Below, piece by piece: positions 19,669-30,286 of a DNA stretch of 64,000 bases; the stretch's first letter is position 1, and every line of letters starts with the position of its first letter. Source of the stretch: a virus (lineage: Duplodnaviria; Caudoviricetes); IMG/VR virus record IMGVR_UViG_3300032265_002598, positions 128,001 to 192,000 of that record. The stretch is one strand, 5' to 3'. The notes below the pieces were generated by a model. That model was not told the DNA's origin and made no database searches. It saw only the letters and a program-made list of their open reading frames with translations. The position numbers were made by a program, and so were the translations under genes.

Positions 19669-20497
19669 CGTGTGTATTTTTGTTTTGGAAGGATAAAAGA
19701 ATATTATAGATTTTTTCGTATGCTGCTTCTTTAGTTAAATATTCTAGGGCAAACTTTTTTTGTTCTTGTTTGATATATTTTTGTATCTCAAGATCATTTT
19801 CGATAATATTATAGTTTTGTTCTAAGTCGCTAAGATCTTCTTTAATAGGAACATAGTGTTTCCAAGGAATAAAAAATTCATGCCACCATTCTTTATAAGG
19901 ATTATCTACTATAAAAACAATTCTCGGAGAAGATACTAATATTTTTAATCTAGCAGAATATCCTGCTCCTTCAATATCTAATAAATATTTCCATTTATTT
20001 ATTTGTTCTTGAAAAGATAAATATTTTGAAGTATTTTTCCATAAATTATCTGGATCTTCACGATTCCATTCTAATGTAATAGCTTCGGTCAAAGGAGTAT
20101 TTTGGTATTGATCAATATAAATTCTTCTCTTTTCTCCTGTAATAGCTCCTATCCATCCTATTTTGTTGCTTAATGGAATAGTATCTTCAAAAGAATTGAT
20201 TAATTCGTGATAGTTTTGAATATTACAAGCTGGCCAAGAATCGTAAGCAAAACAAGGAAATGTTTTTTGGTAATTTTGTGTTACAGTTGAAAAAGAAAAG
20301 TTTTCGCTATCGGATGGACGATCACCTGTCCATATAGACATCTCAAATTCTTTTCCAGGATAATTATTATATTTTTTAATACCATAACGAACAGAATTAT
20401 AAATCAGATCTCTTACGGATTCTCCTCTGTTTTCATAATTATTAAAAAGTCTTGTTTCTATTTTTTGAAGATCTTGTGATACTAAAACTAATCCCAT
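19649..20497 (-). CDS. GT90/CAP10-like glycosyltransferase
   Basis: KWKYLLDIEGAGYSARLKIL, EWWHEFFIPWKHYVPI motifs. Confidence 0.82.
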   Translation of the reverse strand: MGLVLVSQDLQKIETRLFNNYENRGESVRDLIYNSVRYGIKKYNNYPGKEFEMSIWTGDRPSDSENFSFSTVTQNYQKTFPCFAYDSWPACNIQNYHELINSFEDTIPLSNKIGWIGAITGEKRRIYIDQYQNTPLTEAITLEWNREDPDNLWKNTSKYLSFQEQINKWKYLLDIEGAGYSARLKILVSSPRIVFIVDNPYKEWWHEFFIPWKHYVPIKEDLSDLEQNYNIIENDLEIQKYIKQEQKKFALEYLTKEAAYEKIYNILLSFQNKNTHDDNTKS

Positions 20498-20500
20498 TAT

Positions 20501-21178
20501 TTATACCTTAAAATTATGAATAATTGTGGCATTCATATCTGCATCTACAAATTCATTGTTTACTACATGCATAGGAATATTTGATACTTCCTCCCAATGA
20601 CCAAAAGAAAGTCCTGCTATTCGTCCAATTAAAGTTAAAATCATATCCATAAAATAATTTTGTGGAAATTTATCAAATAATTCTTGAAATAAACCAAAAA
20701 GATTTTTTTCTTTAATAGTAGTGAAATACTTATTAGAAAAAATAGTTCCACCACACCCAGTATGTATTCTAGGATTTCCAATATTTAATGCATCATATAG
20801 AGCAAACTCTTTTGGTCCACAAGGATTATTTGGGCCAGCTATGTCAAATTTTGGCTCTATAGTAATAGTTCTATTTGTTAATACATCTGTTTCTAGTAAT
20901 AGTGTATGTGTAAAATTCTCGTTTAATCCAAAATCAAAAAAATAATCAGCGAATTTTGGTCCGAATGAACCTCTGCCGCAATGTGTTTTTTTATGCCAGA
21001 GATCCGGTGCATCTATAAATTCAATATTAGAAATATGAGATAGTAATGATTTTGGAGAATCTCCACCAGCATTTATTACTCTAATAGGTATAATAGGATT
21101 GTGTTTTCTAAAATTTTCTAGAGTAAATTTGGCTCTAGCAAAATCATTACGCATAAATAATATTGTTTGAATTTTCAT
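20501..21178 (-). CDS. putative GT-A glycosyltransferase
   Basis: Within glycosylation island; LLLETDV (DxD-like), HTGCGG. Confidence 0.55.
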   Translation of the reverse strand: MKIQTILFMRNDFARAKFTLENFRKHNPIIPIRVINAGGDSPKSLLSHISNIEFIDAPDLWHKKTHCGRGSFGPKFADYFFDFGLNENFTHTLLLETDVLTNRTITIEPKFDIAGPNNPCGPKEFALYDALNIGNPRIHTGCGGTIFSNKYFTTIKEKNLFGLFQELFDKFPQNYFMDMILTLIGRIAGLSFGHWEEVSNIPMHVVNNEFVDADMNATIIHNFKV

Positions 21179-22095
21179 AAGTAGCTCTCATATTTTTTTA
21201 ATATCTCTTTCCAATCAAATGTTTGAGCATATTCTTTTATTATATTTCTAGATATATTAGAACATAATTCTCTATTTTTGATGATAGTACTTTTTACTAT
21301 TTCTTCGTTATCAATTTGATCTTGAGGTATCATAGAAATAAAAGGTTGTGATAGATTTAAATTTTGTGCAGCGACTTCTGATACTACTAGTCCGAGACCG
21401 GCAGATAAAGCCTCTAAACAAACTAATGGATGTAACTCTGATACTGATAATAATACTAAGTTAGTATAATTAGTCAACTGATTAAATACCATAGTACGAT
21501 CCCATAACCCCAAATAATTATCATCTAGTGGATTAAATTCTGCTATAGTATTTTGTCCGGCAAAACAAATACCACAATCCAATGACTGCAAAAAAGCCTG
21601 TCTTTTTCTTTGATCTATTTTTCCTAAACAAATACTTTTATCTTTAAATTTTGGCTTATCAGTAATTCTAAATTGACCATTATCTACTCCGTTAGGTAGT
21701 ATTTTTATTTTAGAATTATCAACTCCATTATCTAATAGAAGTTGCTTTTCCCATGATGTTAACATAAAAAAATTGCAATCTTTAAAAAAACTTCTGATTA
21801 AATTTTTATGAAAAGATTGAGAATATAAAAATCCGCCATCATGAGATGTTACTATTTTTTTACAATCTAAATAAGGCATAATCTGCCAATGTTTACCATA
21901 ATGCAAATGAACGATGTCCGGTTTCGTTTGCAAAACTTTTTGGTATGTTTCATTGGTGTCTTTTTCATTAACAATAGTAACAGTATGTCCCATTTTTTGC
22001 AAATTGATGTATTGATTCCAAACAACTGTTTCTAGTGCTCCCCAACCACTAGGAGGAATACTAATTTCTCCAGGACCAACAAAAGTAATTTTCAT
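21175..22095 (-). CDS. GT4 glycosyltransferase
   Basis: IPPSGWGALETVVW, LPNGVD, LVCLEALSAGL. Confidence 0.85.
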   Translation of the reverse strand: MKITFVGPGEISIPPSGWGALETVVWNQYINLQKMGHTVTIVNEKDTNETYQKVLQTKPDIVHLHYGKHWQIMPYLDCKKIVTSHDGGFLYSQSFHKNLIRSFFKDCNFFMLTSWEKQLLLDNGVDNSKIKILPNGVDNGQFRITDKPKFKDKSICLGKIDQRKRQAFLQSLDCGICFAGQNTIAEFNPLDDNYLGLWDRTMVFNQLTNYTNLVLLSVSELHPLVCLEALSAGLGLVVSEVAAQNLNLSQPFISMIPQDQIDNEEIVKSTIIKNRELCSNISRNIIKEYAQTFDWKEILKKYESYL

Positions 22096-22104
22096 AAATG
22101 AGTC

Positions 22105-22860
22105 CTATTTATGGATAAAATAAACATCTTGTCTATCTATTTCGTATTTTTTAAAATTACTAGTAAAAGGCTCACCAATTAATAGTTTTTTATTAGATAG
22201 TAAATGTCTGAATACATATTGACCTACCCACATATCAGCATTAAAATATTCATATCTCATATCTTCTCTTGCTTGACAGAATGTTTTTAAAAATTCAAGC
22301 ATATTATCATATGAACCTCCTATAACCCCCATATTAATTAAATCCCATTCTTTAGCATTTTCTGTAAAGAACTGTAGATTATCCCATTTAAGATCTCTAT
22401 GAATCCAGAGATATGGGAATTCAGACAGTTTAATGCTGTCTTTACAAATAAAATAGTCTATATTAGAAAAATCTTTTAATACTTGAGAAGGATCCTTTAC
22501 AACTGTAACATCTGAACCATCGGTCAAAAAAACAGAATCAAATTTATTAGCTAATAGATATTTTTTATAAACAAAGAATCTCCAGTCATTATTTGAGTAT
22601 TCTGATGGTGCAGCATAAATGAATTTTATTTTATCTGTTTCATATGTTCTCAAAAATTCATCAGATAAATTATCATAAAAAATTCTAGCTTCTAATCCGA
22701 GAGAAACGACAGAGTTATACCAGTTTTTAATATAGTCAAAATTATTCTGTAATACTCTTCCATCCTTGTCTCGTCCCACTACGGCATCGTCAGAGGGATC
22801 ATTAGGATGTTTTTTTTGTGAAAAATAAGTAGTAAATATTACTGATTTATTCATTGTCAT
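22105..22860 (-). CDS. putative glycosyltransferase
   Basis: RFFVY, VFLTDGSDV, INMGVIGG; island context. Confidence 0.55.
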   Translation of the reverse strand: MTMNKSVIFTTYFSQKKHPNDPSDDAVVGRDKDGRVLQNNFDYIKNWYNSVVSLGLEARIFYDNLSDEFLRTYETDKIKFIYAAPSEYSNNDWRFFVYKKYLLANKFDSVFLTDGSDVTVVKDPSQVLKDFSNIDYFICKDSIKLSEFPYLWIHRDLKWDNLQFFTENAKEWDLINMGVIGGSYDNMLEFLKTFCQAREDMRYEYFNADMWVGQYVFRHLLSNKKLLIGEPFTSNFKKYEIDRQDVYFIHK

Positions 22861-23719
22861 CTTGTTTTGTCATTTCTGATGATAAAGAGGTATAAAAAAT
22901 TTGATTAATTTGTTCCATTTTTTCTATTTGTTCTTTAGCTATTTTATTGCAAGTCTCAGGAGAAACGTTGGATAAATCTAAAACTGCTTTTGGTTTACAA
23001 TCTGGTATCATTACTATATTGCCAAATTTAGAAATTTCAGAACAGAAATTAACATATTCAGGTTGACCAACAGTTGACCAGAAACATTGTTTTAACACTG
23101 GTGTTCTGATCAAACTAAATCCACCATGACCAGCACTTATAGAAATGGGAGAATTTTTATTCCAAGCTTCTCTATCTTCTTTTAGCAAGAATGGGCAGTC
23201 TGTGAATGGTAATCCATGATGAAAATATTTATCTCTAAATGTTAATATATCATAAAAGCTATCTTCTGTAACTTCTTCCATAAGATCTTTAGTTTGAAAA
23301 TCTCGTGTATTGGCAACTAACATTACTGCCATAGGAATAGTTTTAGCTTTTTCAAATAATCTTATAAAATCTATATGATCAAATACAACGTCTGTGTTAA
23401 GTAATAGAGTGTATTCTGTCTCAGCCATTGTTAGCTGATTTAATTTATTTCTACAGTATGAAGATAGTATAAATCTATGTAAAGGCTCCAAACTTTCTAG
23501 TTTGGGAACCCCAAGATCTTCATGTATTAATTCTCCAGATTTATTTTCAAGCCATTTTTTTAATATTTGTTGAGTATTATCTGATGAATCATTTTCGTAA
23601 AAATAAAAATTGAACTTGAAATTTTCTAGATTTGATAATTTTTCTAAACACGCAAGCGTTCTTTCTATATAAGCTTCTGAATCTCTCCATATTCCACAAA
23701 CATTAATTTCTGTAACCAT
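22847..23719 (-). CDS. GT-A glycosyltransferase, resembles GT69/CAP59 or Anp1-like
   Basis: FYENDSSDNT, FYDILTFRD, SAGHGGFSL. Confidence 0.65.
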   Translation of the reverse strand: MVTEINVCGIWRDSEAYIERTLACLEKLSNLENFKFNFYFYENDSSDNTQQILKKWLENKSGELIHEDLGVPKLESLEPLHRFILSSYCRNKLNQLTMAETEYTLLLNTDVVFDHIDFIRLFEKAKTIPMAVMLVANTRDFQTKDLMEEVTEDSFYDILTFRDKYFHHGLPFTDCPFLLKEDREAWNKNSPISISAGHGGFSLIRTPVLKQCFWSTVGQPEYVNFCSEISKFGNIVMIPDCKPKAVLDLSNVSPETCNKIAKEQIEKMEQINQIFYTSLSSEMTKQDDNE

Positions 23720-23727
23720 ATTTTTCC

Positions 23728-24192
23728 TTAAACTTTAAGATTATTAATCCACGATAGGTCTGGGTTTATATATTCAATAGTCATTCCACTCATTTTAATA
23801 AATAGGTCAAATCTTTTCTTTTGTTCTTCATCAAAAAGATGAGTTCCATGATTTTCTCTCATGTAGACTTTTGTTATTCCTTCTTGCCATAAAGCCATTA
23901 TGCAATCATTGCAGGATTGACCTGTAACATATGCTATTCCATTTTCGGGTCTGATTGTACAATTAGATAGAGCATTACGTTCTGCATGAATCATCCAAGG
24001 ATACTTTTCTGGTCGAATATTAGGTAGTTTACTATCATCAAGTCCTTTAGGAAAACCGTTATATCCTAATCCTAAAATCCTATTATGATGATCTGTTATA
24101 ACACAGCCATGTTGGGTTTGTATGTCATGGCTACGAACAGCCACGGCATGTGCTAATCCTATAAAATATTCTTGCCAGTTTGGTCTAAACAT
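23728..24192 (-). CDS. dCMP deaminase
   Basis: GYNGFP, HAERNA, SCNDC zinc motif. Confidence 0.92.
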   Translation of the reverse strand: MFRPNWQEYFIGLAHAVAVRSHDIQTQHGCVITDHHNRILGLGYNGFPKGLDDSKLPNIRPEKYPWMIHAERNALSNCTIRPENGIAYVTGQSCNDCIMALWQEGITKVYMRENHGTHLFDEEQKKRFDLFIKMSGMTIEYINPDLSWINNLKV

Positions 24193-24198
24193 AACTGT

Positions 24199-24226
24199 AT
24201 GATAGATAATTTTTTCATCTGGTCAA
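24199..24226 (-). promoter_or_regulatory. sigma70-like promoter for dCMP deaminase
   Basis: TTGACC-16 nt-TATCAT. Confidence 0.5.
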
Positions 24227-27200
24227 GATTTACATTCGGTTAAGGTGCCATCTTCGGTAATTGTTCCTATAACTTGGGAGAATGTATCATAACAAGATCC
24301 TGATATAAAAATAGCATCACCACTAACTAAATGATAGTTTTGTCCAGAAATAAATGTAGCATTTCCAATAACTGTACCTTTATTTTTACTAAATTCAAAT
24401 GTAGTATTATGATTTGTAGCTATTCCTTTGTTAGTAGAATTTATAAATAAACTATCAGAATTAGTATTAATAATATTTTTGTTTTCAGAATTATCAAAAA
24501 TGCCACCACCATTTTCAATTGAACCATTGTTTATGCTATAATAAAAAATGTAATCTCCAAAAATATATCCATGATCACTTTGAAGAATATGATCATTGCT
24601 CCAAATATATGTTTTTGTTCCAACTCTTTGTATAATAGGAATAGGATAAATTGGATATGGTGGAACGTATTCTATTCTTTCTATAGTATCAGAATTATCA
24701 TTAGTAGAACTCAAAAAAAGAGTTTTACCTGTAATAAAATGAGAATTTTTTGAGTTAGAAAATATTGATACTCCATTGATTGTGCCTTTATTTGTTGAAT
24801 TAATAAAAACAGTAGAACAAATATTATCTTGTATAAATCCAGAAACATATGGTTGCCTATAAAAATAAAGTATTGTTGGATCTATATTATTTTTAATATC
24901 ATCATTTCTACCATTAATAATATTTCCATAATTAATTGAATTATCACCAAAAGAACAAAGTCCATTTAATGTTGCTAAATAAGCATTAATAGAATTACCA
25001 AAAGAAGATGGACCATCTATATTTCCAAAATTTATACTTTTATTGAAACTTCCTCCATTTGCAAGATAGCCACCATAATTTGTGCTTTGATTAAAAAATC
25101 CAGTATTAGAGATTACACTATTTTTAGTTACAATTTTATTTCGAGCTAAAAATATATCAATATCAATATCACTAGTACGATAACTAAAATAAGATTTTGA
25201 TGGATTAAAAGCAGCATCTCCAAATAAAGCCCCATCTGTAAAAGTTGCTCCACTAGCAAAAATAGAGCTTACATATTCAGATTTATCGAAATTTGCTATA
25301 CCACCAACATTTGATGCGAAACATAAAGAGTTGTTCATGGTAAGATTGCCACCTATATCACCATAATTATCTGAATCGGTAAAAATAGCATCTCTAGTTA
25401 TATCTCCAAAATTAACAGAACCACTAAAATTACCACTACTATTAATATTGTTAAAGTTTTTGGAATTATTGAATATTGCAAATGTTGATAATGCACCAAA
25501 ATTTTTTGAACTATTGATGAAATTCAAAGTTCCGCTAATGCCTAAAATGTTACCAGAATTAATTGATCTATCAAATAATCCTAAATCAATAGTTCCATAA
25601 TTAATAGAGTCTTTAAAATTTACCGTATGTTCGATATTTCCATAGTTTGAACAAATTGCTCCTGTTCCAGTAGTACCATTAAAAATAGCAGTAATATGAT
25701 CACTAGGAAAAACTGGATATATAGAAATATTTGCATAATTAATTCCAGTATTTTTAAATATTACCTGTTTATACCCAAAAATATTTCCTCTATTTATAGT
25801 ATTATCTTGAAATATTATAGATGGACTTTTATTAAATAAAGTTAAAAAGCTTTCATTAGTTATGTTACCAGTATAATAAATAAAAGCATTTGATTGTGCA
25901 TCATAAACACTATCTATTGTTAATATTCCACTTGAAGTAAATATAAATTTTTCATGTTCTATTGGAGTCCAATTAAGTTTTCCATTATTTATTCCTGAAT
26001 TTTTAAAATTTATAGCAACATTTTCTAAAGAAGCATTGTTTATTCCACTATCTAATATTTCTATTTGACGAGCACCATATGTAAATTGATCTTGTCCAGA
26101 AACAAATGGTCTTCTCATTGAGCTATTATTTATAGAAAAATCATGAAAATTTGCTATTTCTAATACTCCCAAATTTTGATTTTTTGATCTATGGAAAAAA
26201 TCACCAGATTGTGCATATCCATAATTAGTAGAATTGTTTAAAAAATATCCACTATGTATTCCAGCCATTTTATCATTGAATGCATTATCAAAAAAAACTG
26301 CTCCTTTAGCATAGTTTTTATTAATAGAAGAACCCGAAAAGAAAATTAATCTATTATTTAAATATGCATAATTAATAGCGTTTTCAAAAAAATTACAACT
26401 ATAATTTCCAGAAGCATAATTAATAGAGTTTTGTCCAAATTCTGCAAAAAGTCCAATATTAGATCCACTCATATTACTAGACTGATTACAAAATATTGCA
26501 TTTTGTGCTGTAGCTCCAGAAATATTTTGACTATTACCATAAAAAGATCCATATCCAACATCTTTCCCGTTATGAGAAAAACTTTCAAATCTTCCACTTC
26601 CAACTTTTCCACTATTAGCAGATTGACCATAAAATATAGCCCCAGTAGCATTACCCACATTGATTGAAATATTATTAAAGATACCTAGATTAAAAATATT
26701 TCCACTATTTATTGAATCTTTATTAAATATACCAGTAACTAAACTACCACCATTAACACAGCCAGATCCAAAAGATGCTATTCCGGTTATTACAGATTTA
26801 TTAAATGATGCAGAGTCAAAAAAAGTCAAGGCGGCTGGAGCATTTAATTCACTCCAATTAGAAGAACCACTAATAAAAGAAATAATTCCAGAATTTCCAA
26901 TTGATCCACGATTTTCAGAATTATTCGCAAACAAAAAATTTCCAGAACCATCTCCAATATTGTATTGATTTTTAGCGAATGTGAATTTAGCTCCACTAAT
27001 TAATATACCATCATTAATAGCATAATCAAACCAAGAATATTTTTTTAATAATCCTTTGTTCAAAGTACCAGAATAAAAAATTGCTGGTTCTAAAATAATT
27101 CCTTTGTTGATTGCTCCGCTTACAAAAGTAGTAATTCCAGAAACAACTCCAGCATTAATTGATCCTACACCACTAAAAATTACATCTCCATATATTGTTC

Positions 27201-27966
27201 CACTATTAATACATCCTTTTGTTCCGGTTGAAGCAAAGAAGATATCTCGACCATATAATTTACCTATGTTGAAAGATTCTTGAAATAAAAATGATCCAGT
27301 TAAAGAAGCATTATTTACTGATTGATTTTGAAATATAAATTTCCCATTACCGCTTCCTTCAATATTACAATTATCTAATAAAAAAGAACCATTATATTGA
27401 ATTCTATCTCCTACTCCAGAAGAGTCTATTAATATAGAAAATAAATCGCTTTTTTTAGCTTTAAGAGTTGTAAAATATGGGCTGTTACCATTTAAATTTA
27501 CTCCGCTTAAGTTTATAGTATTTGATGATATATAAGAATTATTAATAGAAGATTTATTATTTAAAATAAAATAATCTAGTCCTTCAAATATTATTTTATT
27601 AATATCATTTTTACCTCCAGAAAAAGAATTAATATTCCACTGGCAATATGTATTTGGATACCAATGAGAAAAAATAATATCGTTTCCTGCAACAACATTC
27701 TCAGCAACTAATTCTGCACAAGTAAAGTATCCTCTAGTATTTCCTCCATTACTGACTATTCCTCCTGTACTTAAAACAATATTAATATTATTGCATTGTA
27801 GAAATGGGATTTGAGAATAACATTGAGCATTATCTATTATAGAATAAGCGAAAAAAGAAGAATCGATCTCTACCTCATCGATCTGATTTCTTGGAATAGC
27901 TATGCTTTGATTACTAAACTTAGCATCTTTCCACCAATGATGAGAATCGCACCACTCAGATGTCAT
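24223..27966 (-). CDS. 1247-aa N/G/S/F-rich repeat protein, probable beta-solenoid virion fibre
   Basis: Dozens of degenerate F-x3-S-x-N-x-G repeats; structural role inferred. Confidence 0.75.
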   Translation of the reverse strand: MTSEWCDSHHWWKDAKFSNQSIAIPRNQIDEVEIDSSFFAYSIIDNAQCYSQIPFLQCNNINIVLSTGGIVSNGGNTRGYFTCAELVAENVVAGNDIIFSHWYPNTYCQWNINSFSGGKNDINKIIFEGLDYFILNNKSSINNSYISSNTINLSGVNLNGNSPYFTTLKAKKSDLFSILIDSSGVGDRIQYNGSFLLDNCNIEGSGNGKFIFQNQSVNNASLTGSFLFQESFNIGKLYGRDIFFASTGTKGCINSGTIYGDVIFSGVGSINAGVVSGITTFVSGAINKGIILEPAIFYSGTLNKGLLKKYSWFDYAINDGILISGAKFTFAKNQYNIGDGSGNFLFANNSENRGSIGNSGIISFISGSSNWSELNAPAALTFFDSASFNKSVITGIASFGSGCVNGGSLVTGIFNKDSINSGNIFNLGIFNNISINVGNATGAIFYGQSANSGKVGSGRFESFSHNGKDVGYGSFYGNSQNISGATAQNAIFCNQSSNMSGSNIGLFAEFGQNSINYASGNYSCNFFENAINYAYLNNRLIFFSGSSINKNYAKGAVFFDNAFNDKMAGIHSGYFLNNSTNYGYAQSGDFFHRSKNQNLGVLEIANFHDFSINNSSMRRPFVSGQDQFTYGARQIEILDSGINNASLENVAINFKNSGINNGKLNWTPIEHEKFIFTSSGILTIDSVYDAQSNAFIYYTGNITNESFLTLFNKSPSIIFQDNTINRGNIFGYKQVIFKNTGINYANISIYPVFPSDHITAIFNGTTGTGAICSNYGNIEHTVNFKDSINYGTIDLGLFDRSINSGNILGISGTLNFINSSKNFGALSTFAIFNNSKNFNNINSSGNFSGSVNFGDITRDAIFTDSDNYGDIGGNLTMNNSLCFASNVGGIANFDKSEYVSSIFASGATFTDGALFGDAAFNPSKSYFSYRTSDIDIDIFLARNKIVTKNSVISNTGFFNQSTNYGGYLANGGSFNKSINFGNIDGPSSFGNSINAYLATLNGLCSFGDNSINYGNIINGRNDDIKNNIDPTILYFYRQPYVSGFIQDNICSTVFINSTNKGTINGVSIFSNSKNSHFITGKTLFLSSTNDNSDTIERIEYVPPYPIYPIPIIQRVGTKTYIWSNDHILQSDHGYIFGDYIFYYSINNGSIENGGGIFDNSENKNIINTNSDSLFINSTNKGIATNHNTTFEFSKNKGTVIGNATFISGQNYHLVSGDAIFISGSCYDTFSQVIGTITEDGTLTECKS

Positions 27967-27983
27967 AGTTATATCCTCTCACT

Positions 27984-29567
27984 TTAATTAAAATACAGAG
28001 TAGAGGTGGTTTCTTGGTTTTTAAACTTGTGGATAGGATAAAATTGTTTATAGTCTAGATTCCTAGGAGGAAAACCGCTATTTGTTGATAATCCTATAAT
28101 TAAACCAAAAGCACTTTGATGATCTGTACAAGCAAAAGGAACACAGCTAGAATCTTCTGAACACGCAGCGGCTTGAGCTTGTGATATAGGATCGCACGGT
28201 TCAGGACATTCTTTTTTACGACATCCTATTAAATCTGGATTTTGATTAAATTTTACTATCTTACTTAGGTGGGTTTCTGTAACTAAAAAACTACCATCTG
28301 GTATTGGTCCCCAACTAGGACCACCACCAGTATTCCAATTTCCCCAACTATTGGCAATTAAGAATACACACTCTGGATATTCTATCTTACGATCATCATA
28401 TCCTATAATGGAGTATGTATGATAATGATTACGATCAGGATAGGTTAATCCGGTAGAATCTCTAGTATTAGGAAATCCAACATTAGTAAATAATACAACC
28501 CCATAGCCATTGTATAATAAATCTTTGACACTACTAGTTTGATCTTTTTGAATAAAACTAATAGTTCTCATTCTTGGAACAATATTGTTTGATATTCCAG
28601 TATTTTTTATATAGTCATAACCATTATTGTTTTGAAAATATTTTAAAAATAAATCGTTTTTGCAAATATTCATACTAGAAGATACAACTGGATCTAAAAA
28701 GTTAGCATATCCATCATATCTTTTTCTTTTAACTATTCCTATATGTTTGAAAACTTCATCAATCCAACCAGTTAAAATATTTCCTCCAAAAGAACTATCT
28801 TCTGATGGTACTAGATATTGAAAATCAAATCTGCTTGTTTGTGGTTGTCCACAACAAAGATTCATTTTATCTCTACAATTACCAGCGCAGCATGGGTCTG
28901 TAGCATAACCCGGATCATCTGCTTCTCTTGTACATGGGCTACAACTATCACATGTACTTTTCATAGTCAATAAATTTAATTGACAAGAATGTGGAGCCCC
29001 TAAAGAACCGGGCACTGAAGTAACAAAACAAGATAATTCTTGATCGCAACCTATTGTTCTTTCTATATCAGGATATGTATATCTACCAATAGAATTAGTT
29101 ATTGCATTTCCATTTTGGTCTAATAAAATACCAGAAACTACATCTGGACCAAGCATCATTAAACAGTCTGGTAGAGAGTTGCCAGCAAAATATTGGAGAT
29201 ATTCTGTAGACATTCTGGCTTCCCAATCTTGATAATTACCACTAACCTCTATATCGCAGGCTCGTGTAATATCACAAGCATTTCTTATACCATAAGCAGT
29301 TCCGCTTTTAATATCAGATTGGATTTCTGTAAATGCTTCAGCATCTAATCTCATTAAAAATTTAAAAGGCATACCTAGTTTATTAGCGCCAGTGCCGCTA
29401 ATATTACCAGTAAGAGCTGGAGAAATATTTGGCACTCCAGAAGTTATTGGATCATAACAAGGCCTATTTAAATGTTTTACAAATTTAACCAAACGAATCA
29501 AGTCGTATGGGGTACCATCACAAATATTTGCAGAGTATTCATTATATAGTTGAGTGGGAGTAAACAT
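27984..29567 (-). CDS. papain-like (C1) fold protein with Cys-rich insertions, catalytic Cys apparently missing
   Basis: Shares RNACD.TRA, NSWG.W and WGPIPDGSFL with 32987..33940. Confidence 0.75.
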   Translation of the reverse strand: MFTPTQLYNEYSANICDGTPYDLIRLVKFVKHLNRPCYDPITSGVPNISPALTGNISGTGANKLGMPFKFLMRLDAEAFTEIQSDIKSGTAYGIRNACDITRACDIEVSGNYQDWEARMSTEYLQYFAGNSLPDCLMMLGPDVVSGILLDQNGNAITNSIGRYTYPDIERTIGCDQELSCFVTSVPGSLGAPHSCQLNLLTMKSTCDSCSPCTREADDPGYATDPCCAGNCRDKMNLCCGQPQTSRFDFQYLVPSEDSSFGGNILTGWIDEVFKHIGIVKRKRYDGYANFLDPVVSSSMNICKNDLFLKYFQNNNGYDYIKNTGISNNIVPRMRTISFIQKDQTSSVKDLLYNGYGVVLFTNVGFPNTRDSTGLTYPDRNHYHTYSIIGYDDRKIEYPECVFLIANSWGNWNTGGGPSWGPIPDGSFLVTETHLSKIVKFNQNPDLIGCRKKECPEPCDPISQAQAAACSEDSSCVPFACTDHQSAFGLIIGLSTNSGFPPRNLDYKQFYPIHKFKNQETTSTLYFN

Positions 29568-29590
29568 ATATTGGTCTAATTAAGCTAACT

Positions 29591-29848
29591 TTATTTAGTC
29601 TGATTTAGCTTATTATAAACCACAAGAGCTAAAGTGCCACCAGCAACACCCATAAATATACCCGCTGGACTCATACTACTATATTGTCCCATTAAATACA
29701 TTATAGCTCCGCCTAAATAAGAACCAGCTACTCCAAGAGCTACTGTTTTAACAAAACCAAAATTTTCTTCACCAGGAACTAAGCTTTTGGCAATAGACCC
29801 AACAAATAGACCATAAACACACCATACTAAAATATTAAACATTGGCAT
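29591..29848 (-). CDS. GlsB/YeaQ/YmgE-family membrane protein
   Basis: GLFVGSIAKSLVPG, LGVAGSYLGG, GVAGG; three hydrophobic Gly-rich segments. Confidence 0.85.
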   Translation of the reverse strand: MPMFNILVWCVYGLFVGSIAKSLVPGEENFGFVKTVALGVAGSYLGGAIMYLMGQYSSMSPAGIFMGVAGGTLALVVYNKLNQTK

Positions 29849-30239
29849 TCTCCACTAGGGTTTTAATTTCATCATCCGTGAGAACTTCTCCTGTTTCTAA
29901 CAAAGCATTCAAAATACTTAATGAATATTTTTCATAATCTTCTCTATTCATTTCTCTGCGTAAAATTTTCTTAATTCTCATTTTTGTAAACCAGCCTCTA
30001 CGTTCACTGAAAGTATGTAGCTGTTCACCATATATAGAGTATTTATCTTCTGCTGTTGAACTAGCTGATAGTTTATTTTTATTACACTCTTGTAAAATTC
30101 TTACACAAGTTAATACTATACTAATTATCATTAAAATAGTAACAATAGCAAATCCATATACTTCATCTTTTTGTACATTAGATTTTTCTAAAATTTTAAC
30201 AGCTATAGCTTTTAGTTTTTCATTATCTGGAGTTGTCAT
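29835..30239 (-). CDS. hypothetical membrane protein
   Basis: One transmembrane-like segment FAIVTILMIISIVL. Confidence 0.75.
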   Translation of the reverse strand: MTTPDNEKLKAIAVKILEKSNVQKDEVYGFAIVTILMIISIVLTCVRILQECNKNKLSASSTAEDKYSIYGEQLHTFSERRGWFTKMRIKKILRREMNREDYEKYSLSILNALLETGEVLTDDEIKTLVENANV

Positions 30240-30286
30240 AATTATTACCTTATTAAAATGATTGAATCTTAATTTGATACACCTTA

